From Planctomycetota bacterium (lineage in GTDB: Bacteria > Planctomycetota > GCA-002687715 > DRQF01), in NCBI GenBank assembly GCA_027001995.1, contig JALTLO010000177.1, positions 754 through 64,753 of the forward strand: 64,000 nt of DNA. Direction: 5' to 3'. This document shows, in pieces, positions 1 to 9,137 of the stretch. The notes beneath the pieces were generated by a model. It made no database searches. It was not told where the DNA came from and saw only the letters and a program-made list of their open reading frames with translations. The stretch's first letter is position 1. Each line of letters begins with the position of its first letter. Position numbers and translations under genes: made by a program.

Positions 1-334
1 AGTAACGAACCGATCGAACCAAGAAGAAGCCAAGCGCGAAGCGCTCGGAAACAACGGCACTGCCGACTGAGCTCAATTCTGGCTCCTCATTCCTGGATTC
101 ACGCTGGAAATCGACACTTACGGCGAAACCGAGCCACCAATCGGACTCAAAAAACCATCCCCATTTACCCATATTGCGGGCCAGCGTGTCCATATGCGGA
201 ATCGCTGTAAAAGACCTGGATATGTATGCCCAAACCGTTACGGTATTCGAATGTAGGGAATTCAAACTCTTGATGGCGTGAGTTTCGATTTCCTGGGCCT
301 GATTTCCAAAAGACACCAGAAGAAAGTTGAAACG

Positions 335-1996
335 ATGCAACTCTATCGATCCATATTATGTTCATTTTTGTTTGTGGCCCTTGCGGCGACTGCCAACGGA
401 CAGTTCACCACGGTCTACTACTTTGACCAACCGATTGACTTTCTCTCCGAGGAGTCGAGTATCTCCCCTGCCGGAGATGTCAATGGCGACGGTGTGCCAG
501 ATCTCTTGATCGGAACGCCAGGAGAGTTTGTCAATGCTCAAGGTTTCCCTCGTTCGGGGCTGGTCCGGGTCGTTTCAGGGGCAGACGGTTCTAACATTCA
601 CGTTCTTTCTGGCTCTGCTAATTCCAAGTTCGGAGCCTCCATTGATCGTTTGGGCGACGTGAACAACGATGGATTTGACGATTTCATTGTCGGCAGTCCG
701 AACTTCGGTGTCACTCCGATAGAATCTGGATTGGTCAGTGTGATTTCTGGAATCGACGGTACCACCATTCACTCCATGCAAGGTTTCGCAGCGTTCGAAG
801 CATTCGGGTCTTCAGTGGCGGGCCTCGGAGACATGGACGGGGACGGTACCAATGATTTTGCGGTGGGCGCCCCTGGATTCATGTCTCTGTCGGGAAATGT
901 TCTCGTCTTTTCTGGGGCGTCAGGATCGACCATCTACTCGTTCTTAAGTCCAACTTCCCTTGGGGCGGGTGTCAATTTTGCGAATGCGCGAGATGTGAAC
1001 AATGACGGGGTCGATGATATTATTATCGGCTACCCCCGATACATGATGACATTCATCCCCCCGACTCAAGGGTTGGTCAGAGTTCAATCAGGTGCAGGCG
1101 GCGTACTTCATACGTTTTTGGCAGCGGGCCCTGATATGACCGGCGGTTCGGTCGGCGGTGTCGGTGACATCAACGGTGATGGATTTGCCGATCTGATCGT
1201 TGGTGAGCCTGAACGGTTTAATGTCAATGGTGGCCGAGGTCGTGTGAGGATTTTCTCTGGTTCTAATGGTGGGGTTTTGCGGACTATTGTAGCCACGTCG
1301 CCCGGCACGATTCTTGGCGGGTTCGTGGGCGGCGTCGGCGATATTGACGGTGACACTGTCGGAGATTATGCCATTCGGCAGACTGACTCCTTTGGTGCCA
1401 ATTCGAAGTTCAAACTGTTCTCTGGGGCAAGTGGGCTGCAATTCGGTGAACTTCAAGGTCCAGTTGCGGCGGCGGAAGTGAATATCAAGATTGCCGCACT
1501 TGGCGATCTCAATAGCGATGGCAAGAATGACGTTGCTGTAGGGGCCTTTCCGGTTGCTTCAAATCCACCCACCAGCGCAGATCAGGGCGAGGTGAGAGTT
1601 TACTTGAGCGGCATTGCACCCATTGCCTCGTATCAGTCAAACTCTGGGAATGCGCCAGCCATGAATTTGAGTTGGATACCAAATGAGGGGTTTAGCAATC
1701 ATCCAATAGGCACGCTCGCAGCTACGGGTGCCGCGGCAGGAGCTTCAGGGCTCGTTCTTGTTAGCTTGGCTCCTGCAGATATTCCGGTCTTAGGTTTCGA
1801 TCTCCTCACCGCCGTAGATCCGGTCAATTTGTTAGCCCTTGCTAACATTGCTGCAAATCCGATTGGCAACTTCATCATAGCTGAAGTCTCGCGCAGGTCT
1901 CCTGCGATTGCTGGCACAACTCTCTTCGTTCAATTTATTCAAGTAGCCCCAAGTGTCCAAGCTTCCAATGGCATCAAGTTGATTGTCATTCCATGA
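335..1996 (+). CDS. FG-GAP (integrin alpha-like beta-propeller) repeat protein, secreted, with an extra C-terminal domain
   Basis: About seven GDxNxDGxxD..G.P repeats (GDVNGDGVPDLLIGTP, GDVNNDGFDDFIVGSP, GDMDGDGTNDFAVGAP and others). A signal peptide starts at ATG 335 (MQLYRSILCSFLFVALAATANG), preferred over the track start at 278. Confidence 0.9.
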   Translation: MQLYRSILCSFLFVALAATANGQFTTVYYFDQPIDFLSEESSISPAGDVNGDGVPDLLIGTPGEFVNAQGFPRSGLVRVVSGADGSNIHVLSGSANSKFGASIDRLGDVNNDGFDDFIVGSPNFGVTPIESGLVSVISGIDGTTIHSMQGFAAFEAFGSSVAGLGDMDGDGTNDFAVGAPGFMSLSGNVLVFSGASGSTIYSFLSPTSLGAGVNFANARDVNNDGVDDIIIGYPRYMMTFIPPTQGLVRVQSGAGGVLHTFLAAGPDMTGGSVGGVGDINGDGFADLIVGEPERFNVNGGRGRVRIFSGSNGGVLRTIVATSPGTILGGFVGGVGDIDGDTVGDYAIRQTDSFGANSKFKLFSGASGLQFGELQGPVAAAEVNIKIAALGDLNSDGKNDVAVGAFPVASNPPTSADQGEVRVYLSGIAPIASYQSNSGNAPAMNLSWIPNEGFSNHPIGTLAATGAAAGASGLVLVSLAPADIPVLGFDLLTAVDPVNLLALANIAANPIGNFIIAEVSRRSPAIAGTTLFVQFIQVAPSVQASNGIKLIVIP

Positions 1997-2078
1997 TGGA
2001 ACGATTGCGCAGATTTGAATCCGAGAGGGCGTCGGGAGGAGCCGGCGTCACTACGACCTCGGGGCACCAGGGGCGGCA

Positions 2079-2654
2079 CTAAGTGTGCATGCGGACCATC
2101 GGCGGAGCTTCTTCTAAGATTTTGGCTTCGTATAGGGCAATCTCTTTGAGGCGCGTTCTGACTTTGGCTTCATCCATGACGTGGATGGCCATGGAAACGT
2201 AAGAGGTGTGGTGCCGGGCTTCGCTGGCCAAGAGGCTTTGGTAGAGCTGGGCTAATTCTTGGTCTTCTAAATTCTCTGCCAGAAGTTGCATACGTTCACA
2301 GGATCGTGCTTCGATGAGAGAGCAACAAAGGAGGGTATCGACCAAGCGTTGTGGTTCTTGTTTGTTCACGCAAGACAAAAGCTGGCTAGCGTAGGGGCTG
2401 GGTTTCTGCTTGTCGTAGGCGATGCCGCGCCTCTTGAGCAATCCTAAAACGATTTCAAAGTGCTCCAGTTCTTCGCGGGCGAGTTCGGACAGAGTTCGCA
2501 GCATGTGATGCTGTTTCGGATAGCGAAATATCAGTCCCAGGGCGGTGGAGGCCGCTTTCTTCTCGCAATGCGCATGATCCAAGAGGATCTCATCCATGCC
2601 ACCCAAGGCTCGACTCAACCATGCCTGGGTTGTGTCCGATTCAAGATTCAACAT
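2079..2654 (-). CDS. miaE: tRNA-(ms2io6A) hydroxylase MiaE (ferritin-like di-iron enzyme)
   Basis: DHAHCEKKAAS, LAREELEHF, LIEARSCER and SEARHH di-iron motifs. The start overlaps the stop of the upstream glycosyltransferase. Confidence 0.88.
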   Translation of the reverse strand: MLNLESDTTQAWLSRALGGMDEILLDHAHCEKKAASTALGLIFRYPKQHHMLRTLSELAREELEHFEIVLGLLKRRGIAYDKQKPSPYASQLLSCVNKQEPQRLVDTLLCCSLIEARSCERMQLLAENLEDQELAQLYQSLLASEARHHTSYVSMAIHVMDEAKVRTRLKEIALYEAKILEEAPPMVRMHT

Positions 2655-3640
2655 AAGACTTTTTCATAAACCTCGAGCAAAGCATTCATTTCTCTTTCCA
2701 GTCCGTAGTGGTCGCTGGCGTATTTTCGTGCCTTGTTCCCTAATTGCTGGGGATCGTGTTGTGATAGCCCCTTGAGCCAGGAAAACCAAGCCTTGAGCCC
2801 TTGAGCTGTGGGATCGATTAAGTGAGCGAAATCCTTGGAGGCAGATTCCAGAAGCCCCGTGTTTCCGGGATTTCTTCGAGCGGCAACGCAACGACCCAAA
2901 GCGAGAGCCTCCAAAATGGCATTGGACGCTCCTTCGTTCTCCGAAGAGTTGAGTAGGAAGTCGTACTGGCGGATAAGCTCTTGGGTTGCCTGGGGGCTCA
3001 GTGAGCCTAAAACACGGGTGTCGTCTTGAGCCTCAACGGCTTGCTGAACCTTCTCACCGTATCCCTGGTCGATCACTGGGCCAGCTATAGTCAATGTGAA
3101 ATGAAAGCCTTTCGTCTTTGCCTGTTCTTGCCATGCGATGGCCTCAAGTTGTCCCTTGACTTGGCGAATCCCTCCCACAACAACTCCCCGGAGAGGGCGA
3201 TGGAAGGGATGGAATTCTGGCGGAGGCAGAAAGACTCCCCGAGGGACCACGTGGAAATTGTCGCATTCAGGAAAAGCAGCTTTTAGTTTTCGGCCATCCT
3301 GGGCAAAGGGGCCGACAACGGCATCCGCTGCCGCCAAGGCTTGGCGGCCTTGTTCTTGGGGGCTACCTTGGGGACCATGCAGATCTGTTCCCCCCAAGCT
3401 AATGACCAAACGCGTGTCCTTGATTCTATTCTTGAGTGCCAGGGCGGTGGGACCGCAATGGACGGCGTGGTGTGCATGGATGATGTCGGGGGCCAGTGAA
3501 GGAACTTGGTCTTTTTCCGAATTCTCTAAGATCGTCACGGTATGTCCGCGTTTTATTAAACCGTCGGTCCAGCGTTGAACAGTGACCGTGTTTCCTCGAG
3601 CTGTCGACTGGTGTGTTGGTGTCAGGAATACGATCTTCAC
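2648..3640 (-). CDS. GT4 glycosyltransferase, SenB/GLT1D1-like
   Basis: GNTVTVQRW, HAHHA, LGGTDL, GGIRQVKG and NSSENEGASNAILEA..ARRNPGN. The GTG start overlaps the YdjC stop (GTGA). Confidence 0.85.
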   Translation of the reverse strand: MKIVFLTPTHQSTARGNTVTVQRWTDGLIKRGHTVTILENSEKDQVPSLAPDIIHAHHAVHCGPTALALKNRIKDTRLVISLGGTDLHGPQGSPQEQGRQALAAADAVVGPFAQDGRKLKAAFPECDNFHVVPRGVFLPPPEFHPFHRPLRGVVVGGIRQVKGQLEAIAWQEQAKTKGFHFTLTIAGPVIDQGYGEKVQQAVEAQDDTRVLGSLSPQATQELIRQYDFLLNSSENEGASNAILEALALGRCVAARRNPGNTGLLESASKDFAHLIDPTAQGLKAWFSWLKGLSQHDPQQLGNKARKYASDHYGLEREMNALLEVYEKVLC

Positions 3641-4458
3641 GAAAGTTCTCCGAAAGGAACAACATCAAGATTCCAAGACTCGATGAGATCCTTGAGGCTG
3701 TCCCCAGTCAAGAAATCCAATTCGCATTGCCTATCTTTGCTTGCGGTGAAGGTGCTTTTCTCCCTCCTACCTGGATGTACCATCCACTCGCAGGTGGTGG
3801 CATTTGTTGTCCCTAAAGCAGAGATGGATTCTTCTTCTTGGGTGACAGAGAACTGAAAGCCGACGAATTCTTGGCAGGCGAAATGACCCGCATCTTCAAT
3901 TCTTCGGCGCATCTCCTTTTGTGTGAGATGAGGGTTGGGAAAGGGTGGGCGCTTGTCTTTCGGACAAGAAGTTTCGAATGGAATGCGAATGTGTAGGGGT
4001 TTCGTCTTGGGAAGAACGTCCAAGATTGCCGACAAGACGCATGGGTAGAGATGGACGTGATTGTGGCTATCTATGTGGCTAGGCTTGGCCCCAAGTTGGA
4101 GCAGAGCTTGCCACTGGGCTTTGATTTCCGCCCTGAGGGCAAGTGGATCTAAGAATCCCTGACAGGCGTTTTGCCAGACTTCATCTTTAGGGCCACAAAA
4201 TTGTCCATCACCAGAAGTAAGAGAACTTGCTTCGCTGGAAGTTGGCAGACCTTCTGTGATGTTGAAATGCAGCCCTAAGCCGATTCCAAGACTCTTAGCG
4301 GACGGAACAAACGTGGGAGCCGTCTTGCCATTGACAATGACGGAGGCGGAACTGAGGAGCCCTTCTCGCGCTGATTTCAGAATGCAAGCGTCCACGTGTT
4401 CATCGATGCCTGCGTCATCGGCGTTGATCACCAGTTTTTTTCTTGGACTTCGGGTCAA
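3637..4458 (-). CDS. YdjC/ChbG/HpnK family carbohydrate deacetylase
   Basis: NADDAG, GLHFNIT, HIDSHNHVH and EWMVHPG motifs. TTGA overlap with the upstream methyltransferase. Confidence 0.88.
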   Translation of the reverse strand: MTRSPRKKLVINADDAGIDEHVDACILKSAREGLLSSASVIVNGKTAPTFVPSAKSLGIGLGLHFNITEGLPTSSEASSLTSGDGQFCGPKDEVWQNACQGFLDPLALRAEIKAQWQALLQLGAKPSHIDSHNHVHLYPCVLSAILDVLPKTKPLHIRIPFETSCPKDKRPPFPNPHLTQKEMRRRIEDAGHFACQEFVGFQFSVTQEEESISALGTTNATTCEWMVHPGRREKSTFTASKDRQCELDFLTGDSLKDLIESWNLDVVPFGELS

Positions 4459-5291
4459 TTGTCAACCTTTCTCAATCCTCTCCAAACGCAAGCGATGATT
4501 CCCGTCTTGCCACCTTCTTGCCACAAGAAAGATGTGGCCCCTCGATGTCGTTCTTCGAAGTGACTCAGAAGAGTCTTGAATTCTTCCGCTTGGAACCAGC
4601 GAATCTTCCAAGTCATCAAGGTAAGATCATAGTAAAGGCTCAGTTTGGAAATGAGCCGTGGGTGGGGCAAAGAATGTAAGAAAAAATTGAGCTGGGCTCC
4701 CTCATTTTGCAGGGACGCTATATCTGGGATTGCTTGATTCCACAAAGAGTCTCCTTCCGGCCCCCCAGCCTGTCCCAGGGGCAAGTCCTTGAAATTGTCG
4801 GGGGCGGGTTTGTGAGGTAAGTTGACCACAATGAAATCGAAGGGTGCTTCATTCTTAAGGGGCTCGCATAGGGAACCAAGCCGTAGATCCATAGTGAGAC
4901 CATTGGATCGACAGTTCTTTTGACTCAAGGCAATCGCATCTTTGTCAATATCAGTTGCCACCACCTGCGCACCGAAACTTGCGGCAACCATACCCAGAAG
5001 CCCTGTCCCACAGCCTAAGTCCAGGAAACGTTTGGATGCGAGTGTTTCACCGGCTTGGACGATTTCTTGTGACAGGGAGAAAGTGGCGTGGTCTGAGCCC
5101 AGGGCTGTTTCCTGGTGGTCGTATTCGAGCAGATCCTGGCCCTCTATGAGGCCCTTATGGCGACGGGGCCGGGGGCCTTGGGGAAGCAGGCTGGAATCGG
5201 CGTCTTGATCTCGGCTCAGGAGGGGGGATAGAGCAAAAGTCGCCCCATGTTTGGTCAAGAAGGACTGATAAAGTTCGATGGCTTGACTCAT
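4455..5291 (-). CDS. Class I SAM-dependent methyltransferase, HemK/N6AMT1-like, with an NLPH variant of motif IV
   Basis: LDLGCGTGLLG motif I, TDID and FDFIVVNLPH. Start moved to ATG 5291 to avoid overlap with the divergent aminotransferase. Confidence 0.8.
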   Translation of the reverse strand: MSQAIELYQSFLTKHGATFALSPLLSRDQDADSSLLPQGPRPRRHKGLIEGQDLLEYDHQETALGSDHATFSLSQEIVQAGETLASKRFLDLGCGTGLLGMVAASFGAQVVATDIDKDAIALSQKNCRSNGLTMDLRLGSLCEPLKNEAPFDFIVVNLPHKPAPDNFKDLPLGQAGGPEGDSLWNQAIPDIASLQNEGAQLNFFLHSLPHPRLISKLSLYYDLTLMTWKIRWFQAEEFKTLLSHFEERHRGATSFLWQEGGKTGIIACVWRGLRKVDN

Positions 5292-5361
5292 AGGTTGCTT
5301 TGGTCCTGGGTGGTGCAAAAAAATGTGCTTTCGCTTAGACTTTTCCAACTGGAGGACTGAA

Positions 5362-6519
5362 ATGATCGCCGACCGTTTTGTTCCATTTGGGACGACCATC
5401 TTCAGCGCGATGACAAAGCTGGCTCAGGACCACGATGCCATCAACTTGGCCCAAGGCTTTCCCGATTTCGAGGGACCGACTGAACTCCTTGAGGCGGCAA
5501 TTGAGGCACTTAAAAGTGGTGACAATCAATACGCACGATCCATGGGGCATCCGGACTTGGTCCACGCTGTCGCCGAGCACCAACGTCTCCATTTTGGCCT
5601 CGATTGGTCTCCGATGGAAGAGGTTATCGTCTTTTCTGGGGCCACGGAGGGAATTGCAGCGTCCTTGCTTGGTTTGCTCAACCCAGGGGATGAGGTCATC
5701 CTCTTTGAACCGTTCTACGACTCCTACCGCGCCTGCATCGCCATGTCTGGGGCTGTTCCCCGATACTGTACTCTTCAATTTCCTGATTTCGCTGTGGACT
5801 TTGACCGCCTGAAATTGTTGGTTTCGGAGAAAACCCGGGTGTTGTTGCTGAACACACCCCATAACCCAACAGGAAAGGTGTTTCACGGGGAAGAACTCAA
5901 GAAGCTAGCCCAATTCTGTGAAGAACACGACTTGATCGTCATCGCCGACGAAGTCTATGAGCATCTTTGGTTCGACGGGATTCAGCATAGTCCCATGGCC
6001 ACCTTGCCTGGAATGAAGGATCGCGTGCTGACGATTTCCAGCGCTGGAAAGAGCTTTTCCTATACGGGCTGGAAGATTGGCTGGGCTACGGGACCGGGGC
6101 CCCTGGTGGCTGCTGCCCAGGCCGCCCACCAATTTTTGACGTTTTCCACAGCGACACCTCTGCAGCGAGCGGTGGCTTGGGGATTGGGACGTATTGATCC
6201 GAATTATTTTGTTCAACTGCGACAGATGTATGATCAGAAACGGCTGTTCTTGAGGGATGTTCTCGAACAATGCGGCTTTGTGGTGGCTCCTTGCCAGGGG
6301 ACCTATTTTCTCTTGGCAGATTTTCGGCAAATCTTCGATGGTGATGATGTGAGTTTCACCAAAGCCCTGGTGGAGAAAGCTGGAGTCGCGGCGATTCCTC
6401 CCCACGTTTTCTATCAGGCGGATCCGGAAGCTGGAAAGAGCCTGGTTCGCTTTGCCTTCTGTAAGAAAGAGGACACATTGGCAGAAGCGGCCATGAGACT
6501 GAGGAGGTTTCGAGGATGA
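5362..6519 (+). CDS. PLP aminotransferase class I/II, YbdL/glutamine transaminase K-like
   Basis: INLAQGFPDF, NTPHNPTGKV, DEVYEH and SAGKSFSYTGWKIGW. GGAGG RBS at 5351 before ATG 5362. Confidence 0.9.
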   Translation: MIADRFVPFGTTIFSAMTKLAQDHDAINLAQGFPDFEGPTELLEAAIEALKSGDNQYARSMGHPDLVHAVAEHQRLHFGLDWSPMEEVIVFSGATEGIAASLLGLLNPGDEVILFEPFYDSYRACIAMSGAVPRYCTLQFPDFAVDFDRLKLLVSEKTRVLLLNTPHNPTGKVFHGEELKKLAQFCEEHDLIVIADEVYEHLWFDGIQHSPMATLPGMKDRVLTISSAGKSFSYTGWKIGWATGPGPLVAAAQAAHQFLTFSTATPLQRAVAWGLGRIDPNYFVQLRQMYDQKRLFLRDVLEQCGFVVAPCQGTYFLLADFRQIFDGDDVSFTKALVEKAGVAAIPPHVFYQADPEAGKSLVRFAFCKKEDTLAEAAMRLRRFRG

Positions 6520-7280
6520 AGGTGGCTGGGATTCAATTCGACATTGCCTGGGAAGACCCAGTAGCCAATTTATCGTGGGTGAGAGATTTGGCCGCCCAAG
6601 CCCGGGACAACGGCGCCGAACTCTTGGTCTTACCAGAAATGTTTGCCACTGGTTTTTCCATGGCTGCAAAATCAGTCGCTCGTCATGCTCCCCAGATTAA
6701 CGACGTTCTGCAGAACTTGGCGCAAGAGACTGGCCTGGCGATTTTGGCTGGCTTTGCTGAGGAGGAATCGGGGGCCTTCTTCAATTCTTGTTCTTTCTTG
6801 GATCCCAGCGGGAAGAAACTTCTTCACTACCGAAAGATCCACCCGTTCTCATTGGCCCAAGAGGACAAATTCTACAAGCCTGGTGACAGGATTGAGACGG
6901 TAGAATGGGAAGGTTTGAGAATTACACCTTTCATCTGTTATGACCTTCGGTTCCCGGAGATTTTTCGGTCGGTCGTGCAAGAAACGGATCTCTTTTGCGT
7001 CTTGGCGAATTGGCCAGCGAAGCGAAGTTTTGCTTGGCGTACGCTCTTGACCGCTCGTGCCATCGAGAATCAAGCTTATGTGCTTGGAGTCAATCGCATT
7101 GGTACGGCCTCTGGACTGGAATACAACGGTCATTCAGTACTCCTCGATCCTATGGGAGAAGTTCTGAGTCACGCTGTAGACCGACAAGCTCTGATCGAGG
7201 GCGACGTGTCCGCTGATCTTGTTGGGGGCATCCGGGAGCGATTTAGCTTTGTGGCTGATCGAAGAGTTGACCTATTTTGA
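6516..7280 (+). CDS. Carbon-nitrogen hydrolase, omega-amidase (YafV-like)
   Basis: LPEMFATGF, YRKIHPF and ICYDLRFPE (Glu-Lys-Cys triad), plus ARAIENQAY. ATGA overlap with the aminotransferase. Confidence 0.88.
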   Translation: MKVAGIQFDIAWEDPVANLSWVRDLAAQARDNGAELLVLPEMFATGFSMAAKSVARHAPQINDVLQNLAQETGLAILAGFAEEESGAFFNSCSFLDPSGKKLLHYRKIHPFSLAQEDKFYKPGDRIETVEWEGLRITPFICYDLRFPEIFRSVVQETDLFCVLANWPAKRSFAWRTLLTARAIENQAYVLGVNRIGTASGLEYNGHSVLLDPMGEVLSHAVDRQALIEGDVSADLVGGIRERFSFVADRRVDLF

Positions 7281-7312
7281 ATTTTGAACTGATCGTCTAA
7301 GAGGACCGAATC

Positions 7313-8350
7313 GTGCGGATATGGATTACAATTGTTGTTCTTGGGTTGTTTGCTGTTTCTTCACAGGCACAAAAAATCCATATCGAGACCAGTGATGGAA
7401 ATGCCCAAGTGGGTTCTCTTGCCGGACTTTTTTCTGATGGTTTGAAAATCAAAGGCCCAAATGGGGTGAATCTCATTTCTTGGTCGTCCATTCTTCTCCT
7501 CAATACGGATGAAAACGTCAGCGTTAAGTTCGGAGAAGATGAACAGATTCATGTCCGTCTCATGGGGGTTGAGGATGATCTCCTCATCGTCAACTCGGAT
7601 CATCTGGGGATTCTCAAACTTCAGCTTTCATCGCTGCCTGTGGCCCCAACAGAAAGGACGGTCCCTGCAGAAGGGCCAAAAACACCATTGGAGCCCAAGG
7701 ACTGGTCAGGCTCGGTGACTCTCAATGGTAGTTCGACCTACGGGAATAGCGATACTCTCCTGGTGGCGATCGACGCCGCTGCTGCCAAACAATGGTCTCA
7801 TGATCGTCTGGAAACTTCTCTACGCATCGTTTATGGCCAAACTGACAGCGAAGAAAGTGCCAATTCCCAGGCTTTTCGCATACGATTTGAGCATCACTAT
7901 AGCGAGAACTTCTACAGCTATGCCCAAGCCGAGATCTTCCGCAACAAGATTCAAGATATCACGCTTGGGGCATTGGTTGACGTGGGTGCTGGTTACACCT
8001 TGTGGAAAGATAGCGACAAAGAGCTTTTCTCTGTGGAAGGTGGCGTTGGCTACCGACTTGAGAGCTACGAAGATGACACGGACACGAGGAATGATGTCAC
8101 AGGTCGTGGGGCGCTTGTCTATAAGGATATTCTCTTTGGTAAAGTTGAACTCAGTACTTTGGCAGAAATCATCGTGCCTTTGAATGAGCCCAATGCTTAC
8201 TTGGGCCGCCTACAGATTCAGTGGCAAGTGCCGGTTTCTGAGAACTGGAGCTTTAATAACGCGATCCGTTTCAACTACCGCAATGTGCCAGCGAATGACG
8301 CCCAAAAACTGGATGTCTTTATTGGTGCCGGACTGAAATACAGTTTCTAA
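7313..8350 (+). CDS. DUF481/YdiY-like outer-membrane beta-barrel protein
   Basis: Signal peptide, WSGSVTLNGSSTYGNSDT, alternating beta-strand pattern and C-terminal GLKYSF. Confidence 0.8.
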   Translation: MRIWITIVVLGLFAVSSQAQKIHIETSDGNAQVGSLAGLFSDGLKIKGPNGVNLISWSSILLLNTDENVSVKFGEDEQIHVRLMGVEDDLLIVNSDHLGILKLQLSSLPVAPTERTVPAEGPKTPLEPKDWSGSVTLNGSSTYGNSDTLLVAIDAAAAKQWSHDRLETSLRIVYGQTDSEESANSQAFRIRFEHHYSENFYSYAQAEIFRNKIQDITLGALVDVGAGYTLWKDSDKELFSVEGGVGYRLESYEDDTDTRNDVTGRGALVYKDILFGKVELSTLAEIIVPLNEPNAYLGRLQIQWQVPVSENWSFNNAIRFNYRNVPANDAQKLDVFIGAGLKYSF

Positions 8351-8374
8351 CCTGGCTAAGGAGGGGTGAAATTG

Positions 8375-9022
8375 ATGGGTTTCTATGACCGTCGAATTTT
8401 ACCCCACATCATTCATTTGGTTTGCGGATCTGCCAAGATCAAGGCTGAGCGGCTAAAGGTCGTACCCCAAGCTGAGGGCCAGGTCTTGGAAATTGGCATG
8501 GGGTCTGGCCACAATCTGGCGCTCTATGATCAAGACAAGGTAGAGCAACTCTGGGGCTTAGAACCGTCCGCGGCCATGCGCCAGAAGGCTCGGAATAATG
8601 TCGAAGCGAGTGGGATGGAAGTCACATGGCTTGATCTTCCCAGCGAGACGATTCCTTTGGCTGATGAGAGTGTGGATACCGTTGTCCTCACATTTACCCT
8701 TTGTTCTATCGCTGATTGGCGTGGAGCTTTAGGGGAGATGGGGCGAGTCTTGAAGCCCCAGGGCAAATTGCTCTATTGCGAGCATGGCTACGCACCCCAA
8801 GGGCGTGTGCGTCGTTGGCAAGATCGTCTCAACTCTTCTTGGAAGAAGATCGCTGGGGGCTGTCACCTCAATCGACGGATCGAAGATCTCTTGGTGGAGT
8901 CCGGTTTCGTCCTTCATTCTCCCCAACGAGGTTTTGTCCCTGGTGCTCCCAAGTTCTCGAGCTACATCTATTGGGGCTGCGCTTCCTATGCTCAGGATTC
9001 GAAATCCCTGTCGGAGTCGTAA
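8375..9022 (+). CDS. Class I SAM-dependent methyltransferase (Methyltransf_11-like)
   Basis: VLEIGMGSGHNL, DTVVLTFTLCSI, RVLKPQG and GGCHLNR. AAGGAGG at 8358-8364 favours a start at 8372 or 8375 over 8366. Confidence 0.88.
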   Translation: MGFYDRRILPHIIHLVCGSAKIKAERLKVVPQAEGQVLEIGMGSGHNLALYDQDKVEQLWGLEPSAAMRQKARNNVEASGMEVTWLDLPSETIPLADESVDTVVLTFTLCSIADWRGALGEMGRVLKPQGKLLYCEHGYAPQGRVRRWQDRLNSSWKKIAGGCHLNRRIEDLLVESGFVLHSPQRGFVPGAPKFSSYIYWGCASYAQDSKSLSES

Positions 9023-9047
9023 GGGGAGTAGGCCTGTTCTTTGGCAG

Positions 9048-9083
9048 GAAAAAGAAAGGCCGATGCAAAGCATCGGCCTTTCT
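9048..9083. terminator. Rho-independent terminator between convergent genes, strongest on the minus strand
   Basis: Perfect 14-bp inverted repeat AGAAAGGCCGATGC-AAA-GCATCGGCCTTTCT (9053-9083), followed on the minus strand by a T-tract. Confidence 0.85.
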
Positions 9084-9137
9084 CGCAAGTGTGGTTGTGG
9101 GCCTAAGGTGAGCTGCGGGCTCTAACCCGCTTCAGGC

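Noticed and set aside
1..334. Possible gene end at the window start and short ORF 165-365
   Set aside because: Too little sequence to assign a frame or product.
2648..2653. The glycosyltransferase also ends Cys-TGA, suggesting a second Sec site
   Set aside because: The TGA overlaps the miaE start, the frame closes again after 10 codons, and the GT domain is already complete.
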